In this document: positions 36,301 through 44,138 of the stretch, in pieces
Numbering within the stretch: the stretch's first letter is position 1
Layout of the letters: each line of letters opens with the position of its first letter
Virus record (IMG/VR): IMGVR_UViG_3300033407_000033
Coordinates: 1 to 45,128 of that record
Source of the DNA: a virus
Lineage: Duplodnaviria; Caudoviricetes
Reading direction: 5' to 3' (one strand)
DNA: 45,128 bases
The notes under the pieces: model-generated
Seen by the model: only the letters and a program-made list of their open reading frames with translations
What the model was told of the DNA's origin: nothing
The model's database searches: none
Made by a program: the position numbers and the translations under genes

Positions 36301-37042
36301 GGGCATCAAGGCCGTGGATGTGGCCGGGAATTTGTCCGTGAATGCGAACGTGAAGTATCTGAACGTGCAGAATGCGTCCGGTGTGGATGTGGTGGTGGAG
36401 CGTGAAGAATCACCACGCTGGGAAGGCACGCTGACCAATTGCATCCGGCACTGGTCCGGCGTGATTGTCCCGGAAAGTGAAGACACCGATGCGCTGGCGG
36501 ATGATATCTTTGATGAAGCCGTAGTGAGGCCTGCGGACGCCTGGTATGAGGGTGCGGAATTTGATATTGAATTCGATGATAACGTGCGCACTTATGCCAT
36601 CAGCGAAGCGGCATTGTTGCCGGATGGCAGCGGCATACCGCAGCCGAAACTGGAACTGGATTACAAACTGGATGGTGATGAATACGATGGTTTTGAGGAC
36701 TGGAGTATTAGTTTTGTGACCGCGCGTTATCTCAAGCATCGAGTGCACCTGGATCCGTCTGTTGGCGTGATGCTGCTGCGAAAATTCAAACCCGTGATTG
36801 ATGTGCAACAGCGGAGAGAAACAGAAACCGGATTATCGGTGGCAGATACCGGCGAGGCGATCACATTCAACCAGGAATATCACAACATCCCGCACGTGTT
36901 GGTCAGTGTCGATTCCGATACGGCCTTGATTCCAACTTACAGCAGCCTCACGACTACCGGCTTTACCGCGCATGTGTTCGACACCAGCGGCACTGAGGTG
37001 GGGATTACAGATGCGTTTAATTACACAGCGAAAGGAAACTGA
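33305..37042 (+). CDS. Tail tip / host-specificity protein J with fused gpI-like N-terminus
   Basis: IPRVYGTHK..PP, IGYGPLEI, TSNPA, RGDRVEVAHD, FN3-like repeats. Confidence 0.88.
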   Translation: MENLPVISSAARNLDAVHGRLDPGQSVSETVRVTICPRPFSDVRVDRYFAHGVTIQDIMDDFRLPAGCTAGVCINGVPVPKRYWDRCRANAGTHVTINVVPMGGDGKNPFAIILMLAFAALSFYLPVLLPSLQGIALGLARAAIGLVGNLITNAIAPPPQQKLSQPAGIPSPTYSITGIRNQFNHWGVIPRVYGTHKAYPPFGAPSYTELVGEDQFLRSLFIIGYGPLEITDIKIGQTPIDSFNDVEYVVRPGTDEDPPLSLMTNTIIEDALNIDISAEGPEQGSGSGSYGPGEWVERTTATNTKEIMIDLAWPNGLFSVHTEKKKPRRVEVEWQYRAAGSEDAWINAPGVTVERNTVKTIRRGARVVVSSGQYDVRIRVKLSSTPGKDSTKGVMDRTFLTAFKSVRDFDPLNVGFPVATIEMRIRANEQLNNIVDELNCVVTSVLPDWDAIGEVWTDLATSNPASVFRSVLQGLANKRPQPDARIDLDALQDWHEYCDTEGFTFNGVLDTQGTVFEVLRNVASTGRAGLAMRDNKFSVVIDRPQSTYVQRITPRNSWGFSSDKTFITRPHAIKARFVNANENWQQDERIIYDDGFNAGNATDFESIDLPYITDPDLIWRHGRFHLAQNRLRPELYSIFIDVENIVMTRGDRVEVAHDVLLIGLAQGRVKSLARDGNNDVASITLDQACPMEAEKSYGVRLWFVDGTRNVQSVVTEAGDQYELTFTTPIDEALVPADDDLLDALVLFGEADTEAAPMIVHSIVPAQDMTAQIFLQDAGDTIHDADTGEIPAFITHITQPPPLNKPVPTPVVQQITSDESALLQLVGGNLQTRVIIYLNPPGGFNLDAMKLQVRYRRSANAGGDTEDASVWEYLPDLPGGTDVVIIDDVEDAHLYDLNLRYVAIAGAYPGAASDWYEENDYLVIGKSTPPADVTGFSASHNGAVAICQWNENDEIDLQGYIVRYMDYALEFDFENAISLSETLKGTEITTGLVPPGEWNVGIKAVDVAGNLSVNANVKYLNVQNASGVDVVVEREESPRWEGTLTNCIRHWSGVIVPESEDTDALADDIFDEAVVRPADAWYEGAEFDIEFDDNVRTYAISEAALLPDGSGIPQPKLELDYKLDGDEYDGFEDWSISFVTARYLKHRVHLDPSVGVMLLRKFKPVIDVQQRRETETGLSVADTGEAITFNQEYHNIPHVLVSVDSDTALIPTYSSLTTTGFTAHVFDTSGTEVGITDAFNYTAKGN

Positions 37043-37044
37043 AT

Positions 37045-38385
37045 ATGAACTTTAAATTCATCCAGCCGAACTTTACGACACAACAGCCGAGCGAGGTTAA
37101 AACTAATATTGAATCATGCATCGGTGTGATGGGGCGTATCAGCAATAATTTCAACGCCCACGAACAATCGGCGCCGGACATGACCGTGCGCATTTCTGCC
37201 GGCGCGTTGTTTGTCAACGGCGCCCTGGTGGAAGTGGCGGCGCAGAACACCGGCACGATTACCGCGCCCGTCACGGATCCGCGCATCGATCGCCTGGTGA
37301 TTGATGTGGTGACCGGTGCCGTAAGTATCGTGGCCGGCACGGAAGATGCGGCACCGACGCCACCGGCGATTCCTGCCGGGAAGTTGCCGTGCGCGCAGGT
37401 GGCGCTGGTGCCAGCACAAACAGAAATAGTCAACGCCGATCTCACGGACGAGCGTGTCGGTGCCGGCGGCGGCGGGGTGAACAATCCGTTGACGGCGGTG
37501 CTGAATACCGGCGGTTATGCAATTGATCATTCCTTGGGGGCGAACGTGGCCAGCGCCGACACGACGGACATCTGGGTGACGGATGGCAACACGATACACG
37601 TGACTGGCTCAGAGACGATTACTTCACTCGGCACTGCACCCCGCGCCGGCGCCCGGCGCACGGTGATTTTTGATGGCGCACTCACACTGACGCACGGCGC
37701 GAACCTGAATCTGCCCGGCGGCGCGAACATCACCACCGCGGCCGGTGATGTGGCGGAATTCCTGGCCGATACCACCACGCAGATCGATTGTATTGCCTAT
37801 CAACGCGCCAGCGGTGAATCATTGGTGGGCGGCGGTAGCAGTATGGAGATCATCGCACAGGGCAGCGTGAGTGCGGCGGCATCGCTCGATTTTACTGATC
37901 TCTCCGCAACCTACAGGCAGTATCATCTCGTGTTTGATGCATTTCGACCAGCATCGGATTTAAATAGTGGCTATGTCCGTACCAGTGCGGACAATGGTTC
38001 TACTTACGACGCCAGTGCAGGTAATTACCAATTTGGCATTGATGGTGTTTACAATGACCAAACATCATCAGGCACTGCTGTTCTATCAGGATCAGGCTAC
38101 AACGGCACCACACAAATACAAATAAATCCCAGCTCTACAAATTTTGGTAACGCCACGAGCGAAAAAGGCGCAGGTGAGATCAAAATCTACAATCCATTAT
38201 CAACTGACAAAACGCATATTAGTTTCATCGTGTCGGGTTTGAATGCATTGGCTGGCCGTCAATGGTCTGTCACAGGTGCTGGTTTAAGGGATGCTGCAGC
38301 GGCTGTGAATGCCTTTCGGGTTCTATTTTCGTCCGGAAATATTTCAACAATGAATTACACTTTATATGGTTTGAGGGCAGCATAA
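37045..38385 (+). CDS. Tail fibre / receptor-binding protein
   Basis: APDMTVRISAG, PRIDRLVID, LTDER anchor domain; Gly linkers; variable C-terminus. Confidence 0.75.
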   Translation: MNFKFIQPNFTTQQPSEVKTNIESCIGVMGRISNNFNAHEQSAPDMTVRISAGALFVNGALVEVAAQNTGTITAPVTDPRIDRLVIDVVTGAVSIVAGTEDAAPTPPAIPAGKLPCAQVALVPAQTEIVNADLTDERVGAGGGGVNNPLTAVLNTGGYAIDHSLGANVASADTTDIWVTDGNTIHVTGSETITSLGTAPRAGARRTVIFDGALTLTHGANLNLPGGANITTAAGDVAEFLADTTTQIDCIAYQRASGESLVGGGSSMEIIAQGSVSAAASLDFTDLSATYRQYHLVFDAFRPASDLNSGYVRTSADNGSTYDASAGNYQFGIDGVYNDQTSSGTAVLSGSGYNGTTQIQINPSSTNFGNATSEKGAGEIKIYNPLSTDKTHISFIVSGLNALAGRQWSVTGAGLRDAAAAVNAFRVLFSSGNISTMNYTLYGLRAA

Positions 38386-38834
38386 TGTTTACAAAAGATG
38401 ATGTGGGTCACAGAATAATTATCGATGTATCCGCAGACGCGAAGAACCGCGAGGCGCTGGCCGCGTATCGCACGCAGTTGCGGATTTATGAGGTGCAACT
38501 CGCCGCACACCTGGGCGATCCGGATAACGTGGCTGAACCAGTGCCACCAGCAGAACCGGCGTTGGCGCAGAAACAGCGCGTGGTGGAGTTGAGTGAAGTT
38601 GAACGCGACGCGATCGCCGCTGAATGGAATGCTGAAGCTGAAGCTGCCCTGCAACGTGCCGCAGCAGCGGAAGCCGCGGCCAAACACCAGGCCGCAATCA
38701 CCGCGGTTGAGCGCGAGACTGCCGAGAAAAAATTGCAAACAGAACTCGACAAACTGGCGATTGATCCAAATGATCCTACGGTATCGCAGGAAATAAAAGA
38801 CTACGCGGCGAGCCTGGGCAGCGAGAAGAAGTGA
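38385..38834 (+). CDS. Tail fibre assembly/chaperone-like protein
   Basis: TAATG-coupled to fibre; Ala/Glu-rich helix. Confidence 0.55.
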   Translation: MFTKDDVGHRIIIDVSADAKNREALAAYRTQLRIYEVQLAAHLGDPDNVAEPVPPAEPALAQKQRVVELSEVERDAIAAEWNAEAEAALQRAAAAEAAAKHQAAITAVERETAEKKLQTELDKLAIDPNDPTVSQEIKDYAASLGSEKK

Positions 38835-38898
38835 ATTGTATAAGTCTGGATTTGATTTGACAGGTCGTGAATTCTATAGATAAAAAATACCCAACTTT

Positions 38899-39001
38899 CG
38901 TCATGCTGGACTTGTTCCAGCATCCAGTCAATTAAATGTACCCCAATCCTACCTTCCCCCGCATGCGGGGGAAAGGGATACTGGCATTCGCCAGAATGAC
39001 G
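38899..39001. repeat. REPIN-like element: two inverted REP-like palindromes around a GC hairpin; likely bidirectional terminator zone
   Basis: CGTCATGCTGGACTTGTTCCAGCATCCAGT ... TTCCCCCGCATGCGGGGGAA ... GGATACTGGCATTCGCCAGAATGACG between convergent operons. Confidence 0.7.
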
Positions 39002-39003
39002 GC

Positions 39004-39798
39004 TTAAAACTGATCTGGTGTTTCTGGCGTTTCTTCCGGTGTGGACTGCTTTGGTTCTTTTTTCTGCTTACGTGATGTTTTATTCATCAGTTTCATTGCT
39101 TCCGCTGCTTTTTCCCCTTCCATCGCATCACGTTTGATGACCTGCTGGGTGAGAATGTCAAGGATCTGATCATTTTCCACTTTGATGCCGTCCGCCAGTT
39201 TGCGCATTTCCCTGCGGATCTGTGTGAGTAATGATTCAGATCGCAATAATGCTGCAATAGTGAACCTGCTGATTACCTGCGCCCTGGCATGGAATTCATC
39301 CAGCCGCGCTTTTTTCCACCCTTCTTTGGCAATTATCCAGAACATTTCAATATGCTCGTCATTTTTCGGATTTAGTTCATCGAGCCTGAATTCCAGAATT
39401 AACTCGCTTTTGATTGGCTTGCCAAATGTCACATGATAAATACGCCAGATGCAGGCATTGGTGAGTATCACCCATTCAACGCCCTGATTGGCCGCATAAT
39501 CTACCGCCTGTTTTACAAATTGATCTTTCAGTTCCAGGTTGATGGCCTTTACTTCAATCAACATGGACAGATCGCCATCCACTTTTATGGCGAGATCGCA
39601 ATAAGTGCCACGGATGACGTGCTCAGAAGTCACATCGGTATATTTGTCATAACCAAGAATGCGTTCGAGCATGTCTGTAATAATCGTGACCGTATCGGAT
39701 TCATTCACATCGCGGGATTTTGCAGTGAGTATTACGGGTTGAAAAAACTTGATGCCGGCAGCAATTCTGGATGCCACTTTTGCTGGAATATTTGCCAT
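39004..39798 (-). CDS. Type I restriction HsdR N-terminal-like PD-(D/E)xK nuclease
   Basis: NESDT...ILGYD...CDLAI...IEVKA...QAVDYA...VILTNACIWRIY. Confidence 0.8.
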   Translation of the reverse strand: MANIPAKVASRIAAGIKFFQPVILTAKSRDVNESDTVTIITDMLERILGYDKYTDVTSEHVIRGTYCDLAIKVDGDLSMLIEVKAINLELKDQFVKQAVDYAANQGVEWVILTNACIWRIYHVTFGKPIKSELILEFRLDELNPKNDEHIEMFWIIAKEGWKKARLDEFHARAQVISRFTIAALLRSESLLTQIRREMRKLADGIKVENDQILDILTQQVIKRDAMEGEKAAEAMKLMNKTSRKQKKEPKQSTPEETPETPDQF

Positions 39799-39813
39799 GA
39801 TTCCCTCCCCTGA

Positions 39814-40131
39814 TTACAGGCCAAGTATGATCAATAGTGCTCTTTGATGCTCCGATGGTAATGTTTTGATTTTATTAATCAGTTGTTTTTCGATGTCTGC
39901 ATTATAGTCCGGCGATTCCCTGACCCTGGAAGGTCCAATATTTTCCATGCTGAACAGCAATGGTTTTTGTTGATTCTGCTGCTCCAGACCTTTTTCCAGC
40001 CACGCCACGATCTCAGCATTCATGCTGCGTCTGTTCTTTTCGGCTAGTTCCTTAATCTCATCCCTCATCCCCTCCGGGAAGCGCACTATAAATCTTTCTG
40101 CCTGCTCACTCGGGTACAGTTTTTCACGCAT
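39814..40131 (-). CDS. Arc-family ribbon-helix-helix repressor (immunity repressor)
   Basis: RFIVRFPEGMRDEIKELAEKNRRSMNAEIVAWLE. Confidence 0.9.
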   Translation of the reverse strand: MREKLYPSEQAERFIVRFPEGMRDEIKELAEKNRRSMNAEIVAWLEKGLEQQNQQKPLLFSMENIGPSRVRESPDYNADIEKQLINKIKTLPSEHQRALLIILGL

Positions 40132-40139
40132 ATTCCAGC

Positions 40140-40208
40140 ATTATCCCGACTTGGCATCAAAACAGTAATAATGCCTACTTGACATCTGATGCCGAGTTGG
40201 CATAACCT
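40140..40208. promoter_or_regulatory. Divergent promoters with three 15-bp operators
   Basis: ATCCCGACTTGGCAT 40143, ATGCCTACTTGACAT 40171, ATGCCGAGTTGGCAT 40189; rightward TTGACA 40179; leftward TTACTG-17-GATAAT. Confidence 0.75.
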
Positions 40209-40241
40209 GTGTATCATCCTGTAACATATTTATACACAGCA

Positions 40242-40415
40242 ATGAACAAAAGAGTAAAAAAACTACAGCAAAAACAACGTAAAGCCGTGATAACCAGGCT
40301 GCGTCCGGAGCTGTATGACCGGTTGAACGCACGGGCCGAGGCAGAACGCCGGAGTATGGGCGCCCAGGTGGCGCATATGCTGGAAGAGTCCCTGCAGCAG
40401 GCCGCAGGCACGTAG
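40242..40415 (+). CDS. Arc/Mnt-like RHH protein (Cro analogue)
   Basis: VITRLRPELYDRLNARAEAERRSMGAQVAHMLEESL; divergent from repressor. Confidence 0.8.
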   Translation: MNKRVKKLQQKQRKAVITRLRPELYDRLNARAEAERRSMGAQVAHMLEESLQQAAGT

Positions 40416-40426
40416 ATTTTAAGGTT

Positions 40427-40456
40427 GCCTGGCCAGTGTTGACGCACCGGCCAGGC
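40427..40456 (+). terminator. GC hairpin after cro-like gene (tR1-like; weak U-tract)
   Basis: GCCTGGCCAGTG-TTGACG-CACCGGCCAGGC. Confidence 0.45.
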
Positions 40457-40557
40457 GGTTGAGGTTACTGGTTTGGTCACCATTTCGCCTCACGGTCGAT
40501 TTTATAACCGTGAGCATAGCCAGTCACCTCCATTTATGAAATGTGAACTGGAGGCTT

Positions 40558-41013
40558 ATGTCCACAATGGATGCGATAGATCAAGCGGGTTATGAATTAG
40601 TCCATACCTTCCCCGGTGGCGCACCGGCACTGGCGCCGCATGTGAACATGAATGCCGGCACGCTGCTGAACAAAGCCAACCCTTCCTGTACTGATCACAA
40701 ATTCACCGTGCGCGAAGTCGTGGCCATTCAATCTTTTCGCAAGTCCTATCCCATGCTCTATGCCGAAGCACGCGTGCTGAATCACATCTGCGTGAAGCTG
40801 GGCCAGTATCCGGATGTGAGTGATGTGGAACTGCTGGATCTGTATGCAAAGTATCACGAAGAAATCGGGGAGACCGCAGGCGCATTGCGCCGCGCACTGC
40901 AAAAAGGGCAAATCACCCAACGTGATTATGACGATATCAAGCGTGAAGCCTTCGAAGATGCTCAGGCCATGTTTGAACTGCTGGCACGCTTGAAGGGGCT
41001 GGTGCGTGAGTAA
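40558..41013 (+). CDS. Phage regulatory CII-family protein (186 CII/CP76-like)
   Basis: LVHTFPGGAPALA...GTLLNKANP...HKFT; GGAGG RBS; position after cro-like gene. Confidence 0.8.
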   Translation: MSTMDAIDQAGYELVHTFPGGAPALAPHVNMNAGTLLNKANPSCTDHKFTVREVVAIQSFRKSYPMLYAEARVLNHICVKLGQYPDVSDVELLDLYAKYHEEIGETAGALRRALQKGQITQRDYDDIKREAFEDAQAMFELLARLKGLVRE

Positions 41014-41173
41014 GCCACGGAACAAATTCCCGATCACGAATGTGCGTGACAACATTCCGGACGATCACGAACTGGTGTTGCCGGACAACCTGATCATGAT
41101 GCATTTCGAAGCGGAGTTCATCCGTGAATTTTCAACCGCACCGGAAGCAAAGCCTGCTGTGGTGAAAGCATGA
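41006..41173 (+). CDS. Hypothetical protein (55 aa, not in ORF track)
   Basis: GTG start overlapping cII end, ATGA-coupled to next ORF. Confidence 0.5.
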   Translation: MSKPRNKFPITNVRDNIPDDHELVLPDNLIMMHFEAEFIREFSTAPEAKPAVVKA

Positions 41174-41520
41174 GCATCGTGCGTTTACTCAACACCCGCC
41201 CACCAAAAAAAGGCAGCGCCTATGACAACGGCTGGCTGCACCCTTTTGAAGAGATTCTGATATCAAAAATCCATGCTTTGCGCATGGAAGTGAGCCGCTG
41301 TGATGAACAATACCAGGTCAGCCTCACGCTGATCCATCCCCTGGGAGAAACACGTTATACGGTCACTGATCAATGGTTGATTGATGCCAGCCGCAAGCAT
41401 GGCATGTTGATTTATATCCGTGCCATGCATTGCTCGAAAGGCGGCAGGCCGGAGCGGTTGCTGGTTGAAATTATTTTTACGAGGCCGGTGTTGTATTTGT
41501 TCCCGGTTGAGCTCGCATGA
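41170..41520 (+). CDS. Hypothetical protein
   Basis: Coupled ORF. Confidence 0.6.
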   Translation: MSIVRLLNTRPPKKGSAYDNGWLHPFEEILISKIHALRMEVSRCDEQYQVSLTLIHPLGETRYTVTDQWLIDASRKHGMLIYIRAMHCSKGGRPERLLVEIIFTRPVLYLFPVELA

Positions 41521-41684
41521 ACACAGAACAATTGATCAAAAATTTTGTAGCACTCGGTTACCGGGTGCATCGCCGGTTTAAGGCAGGAAACCATGACGCG
41601 GAACTGCACAAGCGCCATGAGAGTGGAAAAATCATCAAGCAGTTGATCAAGGATGGTGTCACGTTAAAGACAAAAGTTGTTTAG
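41517..41684 (+). CDS. Hypothetical protein (55 aa, not in ORF track)
   Basis: ATGA-coupled; MNTEQLIKNFVALGYRVHRRF... Confidence 0.5.
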   Translation: MNTEQLIKNFVALGYRVHRRFKAGNHDAELHKRHESGKIIKQLIKDGVTLKTKVV

Positions 41685-41702
41685 CCGTAGGAGGAAGGTG
41701 TT

Positions 41703-42011
41703 ATGAAATCACATGAAGAAATATTTGGTAGTCCAACGCCGGAGGAATACAGGGTAATCCATGATATCGCAGTGCGTGCTGCGAAGAAGTATAAAGATAT
41801 GGGAGTACAAAGGAAGTTAATGCGCATTGAAAAAGATATCCAGGCATGCCATGCACATTGTCCATTGAAATTAAAGGAACTGCTGGAGGCCGATAATTTT
41901 AATTTCATGCACGATATAGGTGGGATTAATCGTCATCTGGATCGGGAAACCGGAGAACTGAAGGATTGCTTCCTGCCACGTTTCTCAGCACCTGAAACTG
42001 AAACGGTATGA
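41703..42011 (+). CDS. DUF6874-like phage protein
   Basis: ACHAHCPLKLKELLEADNFNFMHDIGGINRHLDRETGELKDCFLPRF. Confidence 0.7.
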   Translation: MKSHEEIFGSPTPEEYRVIHDIAVRAAKKYKDMGVQRKLMRIEKDIQACHAHCPLKLKELLEADNFNFMHDIGGINRHLDRETGELKDCFLPRFSAPETETV

Positions 42012-42020
42012 GGCGCGGCC

Positions 42021-42620
42021 ATGAGCGAAACATTCGATAAGTACCTCACTGTCGCTGAAGAAAAGCAGCTGTTCAAGACAGTAAAACAATTCCAGGGCAT
42101 CGAGGCCCGGCGCGATTATGAATGGATGTTGCTGTTACGCCAGACCGGGATCCGTGTGGGCGCCCTTGCACAACTCACCGTACACGATGCACAGCAGGCC
42201 ATCTTTACCAAACGACTGAAACTGGATGCAGGCATCCAGAAGCGCGGCATCGAGCATGATGTGCCGGTGAATACCAAGGCGCTTTCCGCACTGAAAAATC
42301 TGTTAAAGATTCGCCGCGAACAGGGCCATGCGGAATGTCCGGACGCGCCGCTGATTATGTCCCGTATCAATAAAGGCATGAGCGTGAGGTCATTCCAGGC
42401 GCGGGTGCAGCACTGGTGCAAACAGGCCGGGCTGACCGTGAACGCCACACCGCACTGGATGCGGCACACCATGGCGCAGCGCATTCTGGCCAGAAGTACT
42501 GCCGCTGATCCCATCGGCATTGTGCAATCCGCACTCGGTCACAAATCGCGCAGCAGCACCGGCATTTACACCAAACCAACACGCGAAGCAGTGAGCCACG
42601 CGATGGAGTTGGCGTCATGA
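42021..42620 (+). CDS. Small tyrosine recombinase (catalytic domain only)
   Basis: KYLT..E, TGIRVGAL, IQKRG, TPHWMRH, ALGHKSRSSTGIYT. Confidence 0.9.
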   Translation: MSETFDKYLTVAEEKQLFKTVKQFQGIEARRDYEWMLLLRQTGIRVGALAQLTVHDAQQAIFTKRLKLDAGIQKRGIEHDVPVNTKALSALKNLLKIRREQGHAECPDAPLIMSRINKGMSVRSFQARVQHWCKQAGLTVNATPHWMRHTMAQRILARSTAADPIGIVQSALGHKSRSSTGIYTKPTREAVSHAMELAS

Positions 42621-42874
42621 GCGAGCGATTAAACATGCCAATCAAGACTGTCAATGCGATGGTCACAGAGCGATTCCAGAATGGCACACCGCGTAGCGAG
42701 GAATACCAGGCCGGTTTCCGTGATGCAATGTTTTACCGGTTAGCGATGGTTGAATTCCCACCGCATCCTTATCCGATCCCCAGTGCGCAAACCGATGCTT
42801 ATTTTTCAGGCATTGATGGAGGTCATTTAAAAGCCAACCTGGTCATCGCCAGTCTGAAAGAGTTGGCGTCATGA
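42617..42874 (+). CDS. Hypothetical protein
   Basis: PRSEEYQAGF...AQTDAYFSG; flanked by 15-bp direct repeat. Confidence 0.65.
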   Translation: MSERLNMPIKTVNAMVTERFQNGTPRSEEYQAGFRDAMFYRLAMVEFPPHPYPIPSAQTDAYFSGIDGGHLKANLVIASLKELAS

Positions 42875-43206
42875 AAACACAATTCCATTACTCGGAGGAA
42901 TTCATGGACGAACTGAAAAAGGATGCTATGGCTAGTGTAATACAACGCGGCATTGTCCGTGTGACCAAATCAACTGAAAGAACAAGGGAGCCCGGTTGCT
43001 CTGATGTATTTGTGATTACCGGTTATCTGGCTAATGGCCAACTCGTTGAGTTAAAGCAGCATATGGGCGAACTATGGGGCGTATGCATGAGGGACAGCCA
43101 CAACGAAGAAACGCAAACCAGAGCGTTTGAAAAAGTTGAAAGCCTCATTAAAGAAATCGAAGCCATTGGCGGCCTCGATATCCGCGCCGGGGTATACATC
43201 ATATGA
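42871..43206 (+). CDS. Hypothetical protein
   Basis: ATGA-coupled. Confidence 0.6.
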   Translation: MKTQFHYSEEFMDELKKDAMASVIQRGIVRVTKSTERTREPGCSDVFVITGYLANGQLVELKQHMGELWGVCMRDSHNEETQTRAFEKVESLIKEIEAIGGLDIRAGVYII

Positions 43207-43448
43207 ACACGCGGGAGAAGAACGCGATGGCTGGCCAACAGCACAGCGATGGTGGGACTCCATCCTCCCGCTCCAATTCACAAACAGCAACATGTATAGG
43301 TTGTGGATGCACGGATTTAAATGCCTGTATTGATGCATTCGATCAACCGTGTGGCTGGCTGAAAGTCGATTACAAAATAGGCATAGGCGTATGCAGCGAA
43401 TGTCCGGACAAATTGCCGGAATTCAAAAAACACAAGGAGCAGGTATGA
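43203..43448 (+). CDS. Small Cys-rich protein
   Basis: CIGCGCTDLNAC...PCGW...GVCSEC. Confidence 0.7.
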   Translation: MNTREKNAMAGQQHSDGGTPSSRSNSQTATCIGCGCTDLNACIDAFDQPCGWLKVDYKIGIGVCSECPDKLPEFKKHKEQV

Positions 43449-43723
43449 ATGCGGTAGTCCAGGACAAGCCTGCTTATGTATTACAGCACCGTATCTGCAT
43501 CGAGAAATTACCGGCTGAACATAAGCGTGAGGCCTGGGAATGGCTGAAGGACAACCAACCGGAAGATGCACAGATGATGCATGTCATGAGCAATGACCCG
43601 AATGTGGCGCTGATTAAGAAAATGTTCGATGCGTCCATTTCCATCACCATCACCGGTGACTTGCCGGACGTGTTCAAAACGCTCGATAACCAATACATCG
43701 AAACACGGAGGATTTCAGCATGA
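43445..43723 (+). CDS. Hypothetical protein
   Basis: GGAG RBS, ATGA-coupled. Confidence 0.6.
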   Translation: MNAVVQDKPAYVLQHRICIEKLPAEHKREAWEWLKDNQPEDAQMMHVMSNDPNVALIKKMFDASISITITGDLPDVFKTLDNQYIETRRISA

Positions 43724-44136
43724 ACCGATACACCGATGAATATCTGGAGTACTGGGGCAGGATGTATGAACTCACACCGGGCCTGAAAGCTGCCGGCATT
43801 AAATTTATCGTGTTCCTGGAGAAGCCCCTGCGTTATCTGCACACGGCATTCCTGATTGAGCAGTTTAAAAAAATATATTTACGCAATCCTGCCATTCGCA
43901 ACCAGGGCGTTAACCAGCGTGCATTCATGCGCTTCCCGGATGAAATGCTGCGGATCTGTATTTTCAATCGCAAGGTGATGCCGGAATTGCCACAGCACCG
44001 CCAGCGCAGTTTTGCCGAGCGGCTGGAACAGCAATTGATTGATGATGACATGGAATATCGCAACGGCACGTTTACCCAGCCGCTGCACCATCACAGTTAC
44101 AAGCATTCCCGCGAACGTGTGATCAAGAGGCATTAA
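43720..44136 (+). CDS. Hypothetical protein
   Basis: GGAGG RBS, ATGA-coupled; MNRYTDEYLEYWG. Confidence 0.65.
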   Translation: MNRYTDEYLEYWGRMYELTPGLKAAGIKFIVFLEKPLRYLHTAFLIEQFKKIYLRNPAIRNQGVNQRAFMRFPDEMLRICIFNRKVMPELPQHRQRSFAERLEQQLIDDDMEYRNGTFTQPLHHHSYKHSRERVIKRH

Positions 44137-44138
44137 AC

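Noticed and set aside
37045-38834. Diversity-generating retroelement or invertible fibre cassette
   Set aside because: No reverse transcriptase, no TR/VR pair and no inverted alternative fibre ends seen
38857-38885. Promoter at TTGACA after the tail genes
   Set aside because: No convincing -10 at 16-18 bp and no downstream plus-strand gene
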